Below are positions 57,386 through 64,000 of a stretch of 64,000 nt of DNA, one piece after another; the first letter of the stretch is position 1; each line of letters starts with the position of its first letter. Below the pieces are notes generated by a model. It saw only the letters and a program-made list of their open reading frames with translations, was not told where the DNA came from and did no database searches. Both the position numbers and the translations under genes were made by a program. Location of the stretch: contig CALRZN010000005.1 of the NCBI GenBank assembly GCA_943372645.1, forward strand, positions 202,057-266,056, written 5' to 3'. This DNA is from Chitinophaga pinensis. GTDB taxonomy: Bacteria; Bacteroidota; Bacteroidia; Palsa-965.

Positions 57386-58159
57386 ATGGAAAAACTCTTC
57401 AACGCGTCTTCACCTTATGCCGGGATGGCCTATGTGCTGCTGGGTTTCCTGGTGCGTTACCTCGTAATTGCTGGAATCGCATACCTGTTTTTTTACCAGT
57501 GGCGCAAAAATAAAAACCGCTTCCGCATCCAGCTACGTCCGCCTGAGAAAAAGATCGTCCGCCTCGAAATATTGTATTCACTCAGCACCATTGCCATTTT
57601 CACCGGAGTGTTTGTATTCATCTGGCTGCTGCAACGGGCCGGTTATACCCAACTGTATTTTAAAATTAGCGATTACGGATGGTGGTGGTTTGCGGCCAGT
57701 GTGCCGCTGCAACTGCTGGTTCACGATACCTGGTTTTACTGGACGCATCGGTTCATGCACCTGCGCCGTGTGTTTCCGTTGGTGCACAAAGTACATCACC
57801 TGTCGGTAAATCCTACGCCCTGGGCTTCATTTTCGTTTCACCCGATTGAAGCCATCATCGAAGCCGGTATCCTGCCGCTCCTGGTCATCATCATGCCGCT
57901 GCACCCGGTGGCGTTGCTGCTGTTCCTGGTGGCCATGACAATTATGAATGTGAACGGGCACCTCGGCTACGAAATATTTCCGAAAGGTTTTACGCGCAAA
58001 CCGTTTTTCCGGCTGGCCAATACATCAACGCATCACAACATGCACCATCGCCTCACGAAGTGCAATTACGGCCTGTACCTGAATGTGTGGGACCGGATTA
58101 TGGGCACCAATCATCCGCAGTATCACGAACATTTTGAGGAGATAAAATCACGCACGTGA
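57386..58159 (+). CDS. Sterol-desaturase / fatty-acid-hydroxylase-superfamily membrane protein
   Basis: His boxes HRFMH, HKVHH and HHNMHH. Confidence 0.8.
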   Translation: MEKLFNASSPYAGMAYVLLGFLVRYLVIAGIAYLFFYQWRKNKNRFRIQLRPPEKKIVRLEILYSLSTIAIFTGVFVFIWLLQRAGYTQLYFKISDYGWWWFAASVPLQLLVHDTWFYWTHRFMHLRRVFPLVHKVHHLSVNPTPWASFSFHPIEAIIEAGILPLLVIIMPLHPVALLLFLVAMTIMNVNGHLGYEIFPKGFTRKPFFRLANTSTHHNMHHRLTKCNYGLYLNVWDRIMGTNHPQYHEHFEEIKSRT

Positions 58160-58188
58160 TTTTTAAAATGTGCTGATCACGTAATTTT

Positions 58189-58290
58189 TACCGCAATGTA
58201 TCGCAAAGTTCTGCGCAATGTCACGCAATGGTAACACGAACAAACTTCGCGAAACTTTGCGCAAACCATAGCGCAACTTTGCGGTTAATC
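58189..58290. repeat. Palindromic repeat element R8 (CGCAA-unit), relative of R7
   Basis: taccgcaatgtatcgcaaagttctgcgcaatg ... ttgcgcaaaccatagcgcaactttgcggttaatc. Shares accgcaatgtatcgcaa and gcggttaat with the element at 35797-35884. Confidence 0.55.
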
Positions 58291-58318
58291 GAAGAGATGG
58301 TTTAGTTCCGTAATCAGA

Positions 58319-59701
58319 TCAGCACAGCGCACCAATCACATCGTGGCGGGTGATGATGTACGTTTTGTCTGTTTTGAAATCACGTACAAGCACCGCCGGA
58401 TGTTCCGGGGTCAGCATCAGCGCCAGCGAATCAAGCGGCGTGCTGATATCAGCAAATGCAAATGCAGGCTGCATAATCGATTCCACTTTCTGTTTGCGGA
58501 TTTCCGGGTTGCTGATGAGCTGGCTGTAGAGGTGCGCTTCGCTCAGTGAACCAACAATGCGTTTGTCGCTGGTAACCGGTATCTGCGAAAAATCGTTTGC
58601 ACTCATCAGTTTGATGGCTTCCTCAATCGTGGAATTACTTTCGAGTGTAACCAGTTCCGATTTTTTTGAGCTCACGAGGTCTTTCGCGGTCATGCCTTTT
58701 ACATCGAGGTATCCTTTTTCGCGCATCCATTCGTTGTTGAACATTTTGCCGAGGTAACGTGTGCCGTGATCGTGGAAGATTACCACCACCACATCGTTTT
58801 CCGTTAAACGGTCGGCCAGCTGCAGCAGCCCGGCCATGGCCGAACCAGCGGAGTTGCCCACAAAAATACCTTCTTCACGGGTAATGCGGCTGGTCATCAG
58901 CGCGGCATCTTTATCGGTTACTTTTTCAAAGTGATCAATAATGCTGAAGTCAACGTTCTGCGGCAGAAAATCTTCGCCGATGCCTTCGGTAACGTACGGG
59001 TAAATTTCGTTCTTGTCGAAAATGCCGGTCTCTTTGTATTTTTTAAAAACCGAACCGTACGTATCAATGCCCCACACTTTGATGTTCGGATTTTTTTCCT
59101 TCAGGTAACGGCCCGTGCCGCAGATGGTGCCGCCGGTGCCCACACCCACAACGAGGTGCGTAATTTTGCCATCGGTCTGATCCCAGATTTCGGGTCCGGT
59201 GGTTTCATAATGCGCCTGCGCGTTCGAGGGGTTGTCGTACTGGTTCGGCTTCCACGAATTCTGTACTTCTTTTTCCAGGCGCGACGAAACGCTGTAGTAG
59301 GAGCGGGGATCTTCCGGGTCCACGTTGGTCGGACACACAATCACCTCCGCACCAAAAGCGCGCAGTGCATCAAATTTTTCTTTCGACTGTTTGTCAGTCG
59401 AAGTAAAAATACATTTGTAACCTTTCACCACCGCCGCAATGGCCAGGCCCATACCGGTGTTGCCCGACGTGCCTTCGATAATGGTTCCGCCCGGTTTCAG
59501 GCGACCGTCTTTTTCCGCATCTTCAATCATCTTGATCGCCATCCGGTCTTTAATCGAATTGCCCGGGTTAAACGTTTCAATCTTGGCCAGCACGGTTGCC
59601 TTAATCACGTCTTTGGTAAGGCGGTTAATACGCACCATCGGTGTATGCCCGATTGTTTCAAGAATGTTGTCGCAGATTTTTTTATTCGGATTGGAAGCCA
59701 T
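58319..59701 (-). CDS. Cystathionine beta-synthase (PLP-dependent, with tandem CBS domains)
   Basis: PLP Lys motif (NPGNSIKDR), G-loop GTGGT and two C-terminal CBS repeats. Confidence 0.85.
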   Translation of the reverse strand: MASNPNKKICDNILETIGHTPMVRINRLTKDVIKATVLAKIETFNPGNSIKDRMAIKMIEDAEKDGRLKPGGTIIEGTSGNTGMGLAIAAVVKGYKCIFTSTDKQSKEKFDALRAFGAEVIVCPTNVDPEDPRSYYSVSSRLEKEVQNSWKPNQYDNPSNAQAHYETTGPEIWDQTDGKITHLVVGVGTGGTICGTGRYLKEKNPNIKVWGIDTYGSVFKKYKETGIFDKNEIYPYVTEGIGEDFLPQNVDFSIIDHFEKVTDKDAALMTSRITREEGIFVGNSAGSAMAGLLQLADRLTENDVVVVIFHDHGTRYLGKMFNNEWMREKGYLDVKGMTAKDLVSSKKSELVTLESNSTIEEAIKLMSANDFSQIPVTSDKRIVGSLSEAHLYSQLISNPEIRKQKVESIMQPAFAFADISTPLDSLALMLTPEHPAVLVRDFKTDKTYIITRHDVIGALC

Positions 59702-59811
59702 GTTTATCGGTTTTGCAGCGCGAAATTAGTCAAAAATGCCGCCGCGCGGAAAATTCAGCCCCGATTTCGGCCTGATCGTGTATTTGCGCTACATTTATTA
59801 AAAATACCGCC

Positions 59812-60531
59812 ATGAAAAAATTGTTACTCCTGCTCACTTTCGCGCTCCCGTTTGCGGCCAGCGCCCAGGTTACTTACCAGATACTTGATGTTGCCAATGC
59901 AAACGTTACCGGTACCACACAAAATGTGAATATCGCGTCAACCACACAGGCAACGATGAATTACCAGATCAAAAACATTTCGTCGCAGACGAAGGGAACA
60001 CGTATGTTTAAACTCGAACTGGTTACCGTTCCCGGAAGCTGGAATTCCTACACATTTGACCAGTACCAGTATCCATCTTCCGTTGATACATCGGTGCACA
60101 CGGTTTCTATACTTGCAAACGGTATTACAGGCTTTGGTTCCATTTACAACCCGATGGGCGGCAGCGGCACAACCTCTATTCAGTATTGTGCGTTCGAAGC
60201 CGCCGTGCCTTCCAATTCGGCCTGCATCACGATTAATTATAATAGCGCAACCGGCATCGAAGCCATGCAGCTGGCAAACGGTTTCAACGCTTTCCCCAAC
60301 CCGGCAAATGAAGAACTCGTGCTGAAATTCGATGCACCGGCTGATGTGCTTGCAGGAGCAAGTATCTCATTTTGTGATCCCGCAGGGAAAACCGTAAAAA
60401 CAATTGCTGCCGGCACACTTGCATCATCGCAAACCGTTTCACTCAGCGAACTGGCTGCCGGTATTTATTATTATACGGTGTTTTATGAAGGTGCAAAAGT
60501 TACAACGCAGAAATTGGTGGTGGTGAAATAG
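59812..60531 (+). CDS. T9SS C-terminal-sorting-domain secreted protein
   Basis: Signal peptide. C-terminal FPNPANEELVLKF...GIYYYTV...TQKLVVVK. Confidence 0.75.
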   Translation: MKKLLLLLTFALPFAASAQVTYQILDVANANVTGTTQNVNIASTTQATMNYQIKNISSQTKGTRMFKLELVTVPGSWNSYTFDQYQYPSSVDTSVHTVSILANGITGFGSIYNPMGGSGTTSIQYCAFEAAVPSNSACITINYNSATGIEAMQLANGFNAFPNPANEELVLKFDAPADVLAGASISFCDPAGKTVKTIAAGTLASSQTVSLSELAAGIYYYTVFYEGAKVTTQKLVVVK

Positions 60532-60532
60532 C

Positions 60533-62581
60533 TCATATACAATACTGCGCATCACCTTCAAGCACTTCCTGCTCCAGCTTAGGCGCTTCACCCGCTTTCC
60601 ATAAACGCGCGCGATGCACCACCCGGTAAAGCAGCGGACCGCCATCCGGTTTATCAATGCGCACCATCGGTCGCGGAATGCAAACGAACTCCGTGGAAAG
60701 CTGATCAGCAGTTGCCGTTACCAGCCCATAGCCGTGTCCGCCCATGTCGATGAACGACAGGTGGGGCGCAACGTCCGGATTACGCACCGCGCGGGCCTGT
60801 TTCATGTCGCCGGTTTCTTTCAGTTTCAGTGCCGACTGCACGCCGTGCAATGCGGTAACATTAACCGATGGAATCATTTTGCCGTCGGGTTGATCGAGGA
60901 GGTACAAGGCGCGCAACGGATGTGTTTTGGACATGGTCACTTCCATTACTTCAGCAAGCGTCTGCTGCGAAATCGAGCCGGTAATAAACTCCACGCCCAC
61001 CGGCTCAAATTTTTTCGGCGGCAATGTTTTGGAAACGAGCCCTGCGTAAAATGCGTGGCGGTCGCCGGCAACAATAGAAAATCCGGTGATGTTATTCGCA
61101 CGCACAAAATCCATCACCTCGTCTTTGTCATAAGGAAACCGGCTGTCGAACACCGCATAACCCACATCTTTCGGCCATTTGCTGCCGAGTTCATCCGGCA
61201 GGTTGTGATAATCACTGCGCATATCCGTCAAGCCAAAAGTGTGTCCCCAAATTTTCCAGCGCGCTTTACAGGCTCCAAGTTGTTCCAGGAACCACTTTTT
61301 CTGATCGCGGCCGAGGAACGTCTGCGCATGTGCATCTTTGGTCGGATTCGTAATGTCTTTGCCATTGAAACGGATGGTTTCCGGTGGTTTGCCTCCATTG
61401 TATTTTTTGCCGTAGTTCATGATTTCATTGGGCAGCTCCGGTGACACCCGCGGAAATCCGGCAACATTAAAATCATCCGTTGACATATCCGGTGAACGAA
61501 ATGACCAGTTATCGGTGAGCAGCAGATCCACATTTTTGCCCCAGTGCAGCACACGCTGAATTTTCAGGCTGTTAATCGCCTTGATGTTGTTGGGCTCTTC
61601 GCAAAGTCCGTCATCGTTAAACTTTTCCATGGGTGTATCCACCACCGCAGGCGCCTTGAATTGTTCAAGCGTCGGGTTGTCCGGCTGCTGCACCCGCGCG
61701 GGAATAAATTCCCACCAGGCCTGGTTGGCATATACTTTCTGGTTTTGTGCAGGCGCATTATACCCGCCCCCGGCTACATACCAGCTCTGGAAACCGGCCC
61801 ATGCAAATTCGTGATTGTCCCACACACATACAAATGGCCAGCGCGCACGGGCATCCTGCAAGTCAGGGTCTTCGAGGTACGCACGATAAAGTGTGCGATA
61901 ATCTTCCAGCGAAACCGGCAGGTGAAAATCGCCCACCTTCCGGCCCTGCGGAAATTTATACAGATCGGTGATGTGTCGGCCCCGGTTTCCGTTTGGATTA
62001 TCGGCCGCATACCAGGTTACTTCGTAAATAAAATCGCCGAGGTGCAAAACAAAATTCATTCGCTCCGTTTTTGCACGCGCCTCATCTTCAAAAATCATTC
62101 TGCGGTACGCATGCAGACCACCCTCGTTCGGGCACTGGCAACTCACAAACGCAAAACGAACAGGCGTGTCCGAATTTTTTGCGGGTGCAGTAATCGTGCG
62201 GCCGGTGCGGCTGGCGTTGCCGTGTTCATCAACAAAGCGGTACCAATATTCCCGGTTGGGTTTAAGCCCGGTTACCAGGAAACGGCAGGTCCAGTCGGAA
62301 GCAGCACTGATGGTGGTCGTACCGCCCCGCAAAATTTTCCGGAAATCAGGCGTCGTTGAAATTTCAACGATCAGTTTACTGGATGCGTTATTGTTTATGG
62401 GTGGTCGCCTCGTCCAAAGGATAACGCTGTCAGCTGTAGGATCACCGGATGCCACGCCCTGCGGAAACAAATCGCGACGCTCCACGGCCTTTGCGGCAGG
62501 CTTGTTTGCCCATCCTTTGGTTGATGTCAGTGCGAAACCAACAACTAACGATTGCAGAAATTTTCGGCGGTTAATGTCCAT
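60533..62581 (-). CDS. phoD: PhoD-like alkaline phosphatase/phosphodiesterase with Tat signal
   Basis: Twin-arginine motif NRRKFLQS. PhoD_N domain and metallophosphatase motifs (GDFIY, DNHEF). Confidence 0.8.
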   Translation of the reverse strand: MDINRRKFLQSLVVGFALTSTKGWANKPAAKAVERRDLFPQGVASGDPTADSVILWTRRPPINNNASSKLIVEISTTPDFRKILRGGTTTISAASDWTCRFLVTGLKPNREYWYRFVDEHGNASRTGRTITAPAKNSDTPVRFAFVSCQCPNEGGLHAYRRMIFEDEARAKTERMNFVLHLGDFIYEVTWYAADNPNGNRGRHITDLYKFPQGRKVGDFHLPVSLEDYRTLYRAYLEDPDLQDARARWPFVCVWDNHEFAWAGFQSWYVAGGGYNAPAQNQKVYANQAWWEFIPARVQQPDNPTLEQFKAPAVVDTPMEKFNDDGLCEEPNNIKAINSLKIQRVLHWGKNVDLLLTDNWSFRSPDMSTDDFNVAGFPRVSPELPNEIMNYGKKYNGGKPPETIRFNGKDITNPTKDAHAQTFLGRDQKKWFLEQLGACKARWKIWGHTFGLTDMRSDYHNLPDELGSKWPKDVGYAVFDSRFPYDKDEVMDFVRANNITGFSIVAGDRHAFYAGLVSKTLPPKKFEPVGVEFITGSISQQTLAEVMEVTMSKTHPLRALYLLDQPDGKMIPSVNVTALHGVQSALKLKETGDMKQARAVRNPDVAPHLSFIDMGGHGYGLVTATADQLSTEFVCIPRPMVRIDKPDGGPLLYRVVHRARLWKAGEAPKLEQEVLEGDAQYCI

Positions 62582-62801
62582 ACAGTTACTTTTTTCGGCG
62601 CGTTTATTCAGGATTCAGATATCGTTTGTGCAACGCCCAAATGTATATAATACGACTGCCATGCCGCACACAATTAAGACTTTCAGATGCAATGTTTTTA
62701 TGAGCGGCAAAGGCAATTGTATGAACGGTAAATGTGCTCCTGGTGATGTGTAAAAGTTGCGCAGAAAATGCGGCGGATGGATATTAAAAAACAGGAGGTG
62801 C

Positions 62802-64000
62802 TTAACTAAACCGTATCGCCTTCACCGGGCTGATGCGCGAAACAATAAACGCCGGCAGAATAAGTGCAACCGTGCAGATGACAAGACAGAGCACATTTAC
62901 CCCGATGAGTTCAAACCAGTCGAAACGGATGGGAACGGTGCTTACATAATACGAAGCCTGGTCCAGTTTCAGCCAGCCCGTTTGCAGTTGCAGAATGGCA
63001 ATGCCGAAGCCGAGCACGTTGCCCAGCAGCAATCCTTTCCCGATCAGCGATACGCCATTGCGCAGGAAAATATTCGCCAGCGAGGCGTTGCTGCTTCCAA
63101 GTGTTTTTAAAATGCCGATCATGTTCGTGCGCTCGAGTATAAGAATGATCAGTGCCGAAATCATGTTGATGATACCTACAAACAAAAGCAGGCTGATGAT
63201 GATGACCACGTTCATGTCAATCACTTCCAGCCACGAAAAAATCTGCGGGTTGGTTTCGCGCACATTCAGCGCGTTGAGTTCGGTGGGCAGGTTCAGCCTG
63301 ATCTGCTCGGTGAGCGTGTTCATGTCGTGGTAATCGTTCACCTGCACTTCAAAACCGGCGCAGGCGTTTTCTTCCCACAGGTTCAGTTGTTGCACGTGGC
63401 GCATATCGCCGAGCACATACAGTTCGTCAAACGTTTCGAGCCCGGTTTCGTAAATGCCGCACACTTTGAACACGCGCACGCGCTGGCTGTTTTCCTGCAT
63501 GAAGTACATGCGGAATTTTTTACCCACTTCGAGGTGCAGTTTGTCGGCAATCGGTTTTGAAACGAGAACTTCATTCCCGGTGCCGGTATCGGAAACCGAA
63601 AACAGTTTGCCCGCTTTCAATGCATTTTTAAAAAACGACCAGTCAAAATCGTTGCCCACGCCTTTCAGCACCACGCCCTGCAATTCGTCGCCCGATTTGA
63701 TGATGCCGGCTTTCACACCGAACATTTGTACGTGTTTTACGCCGGGAAATTTTTTCAGCGAATCGGCCAGTGTTTTGCGTGCGGTAATCGGGTAGGCCTC
63801 CAGCGAATTGTTGGTGCTGAACGAAACCACCTGGATATGCGCCCCGAAGCCCACGGCTTTTTCGCGTATCTCGCCCTGGAAGCCGTTCATGATACAGATG
63901 GAAAGTATCATAATCATCATGCCCAGCGCAATGCCGCCCACCGCAATGCGCACAATGGGGCGCGAAAACCGCTCCGATTTTCCCCCGCTCATGATGCGTG
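62802..64000 (-). CDS. LolE/FtsX-like permease (N-terminus probably extends beyond window end)
   Basis: FSRPIVRIAVGGIALGMMIMILS... with a 4-TM FtsX topology. The in-frame sequence upstream of the ATG at 63992 stays open to the window edge. Confidence 0.8.
   Translation of the reverse strand, partial: RIMSGGKSERFSRPIVRIAVGGIALGMMIMILSICIMNGFQGEIREKAVGFGAHIQVVSFSTNNSLEAYPITARKTLADSLKKFPGVKHVQMFGVKAGIIKSGDELQGVVLKGVGNDFDWSFFKNALKAGKLFSVSDTGTGNEVLVSKPIADKLHLEVGKKFRMYFMQENSQRVRVFKVCGIYETGLETFDELYVLGDMRHVQQLNLWEENACAGFEVQVNDYHDMNTLTEQIRLNLPTELNALNVRETNPQIFSWLEVIDMNVVIIISLLLFVGIINMISALIILILERTNMIGILKTLGSSNASLANIFLRNGVSLIGKGLLLGNVLGFGIAILQLQTGWLKLDQASYYVSTVPIRFDWFELIGVNVLCLVICTVALILPAFIVSRISPVKAIRFS

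Noticed and set aside
27332-58290. Possibility that the repeat clusters are CRISPR arrays
   Set aside because: The units are 6-11 nt, lack regular repeat-spacer periodicity and are arranged as inverted arms. No cas genes are present.
62166-62753. 195-aa plus-strand ORF overlapping the phoD 5' region
   Set aside because: Mostly antisense to phoD. Only its last 30 codons, in the intergenic region, were retained as a speculative micro-ORF.

Overview
This 64 kb window is a chromosomal segment from a Bacteroidota genome, probably a Chitinophagia- or Cytophagia-like organism. Three things support that: T9SS C-terminal sorting domains, Bacteroidetes-type TAnnTTTG promoter motifs and no Shine-Dalgarno sequences, and a flexixanthin-type carotenoid cluster. 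Most of it is densely packed housekeeping genes: fbp, pheT, tyrS, coaX, lptC-like, ppiD, mfd, hflX, rbfA, a cystathionine beta-synthase, an MsbA-like ABC exporter, LolE/FtsX-like permeases and a tRNA-Phe. Between them are accessory-looking genes: three T9SS cargo proteins, several approximately 480-510 aa outer-membrane beta-barrel proteins, a tandem pair of secreted amidohydrolases, a PhoD phosphatase, a PP2C phosphatase and an HMA-aldehyde dehydrogenase pair. The carotenoid cluster is crtD-cruF-crtZ-crtYcd. I found no CRISPR array, rRNA, or recognisable phage or defence module.

The most unusual signal is non-coding. At least ten intergenic elements of about 90-200 bp are nested imperfect palindromes, each built from short (6-11 nt) tandem sub-repeats arranged as inverted arms. 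They fall into sequence families; two copies share an exact 31-nt arm and one copy has 13-bp terminal inverted repeats like a MITE. They lie mostly at gene 3' ends, but one fills the divergent mfd/SRAP promoter region.

Other points worth a second look are listed here.
- A DUF2807 beta-helix, an Asp8 linker and a C-terminal beta-barrel in one protein give an autotransporter-like architecture, and the next gene encodes a secreted vWA-domain protein.
- A 20-nt duplicate of the tRNA-Phe 3' end lies about 190 bp from the tRNA.
- A TTACCTTTG motif sits 4-5 nt upstream of the coaX and rbfA start codons, suggesting leaderless transcripts.
- A 562-codon secreted Reg_prop beta-propeller gene runs off the window start and is missing from the supplied ORF track.

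Coordinates I derived by counting within lines may be off by 1-2 nt. Gene ends follow the ORF track.
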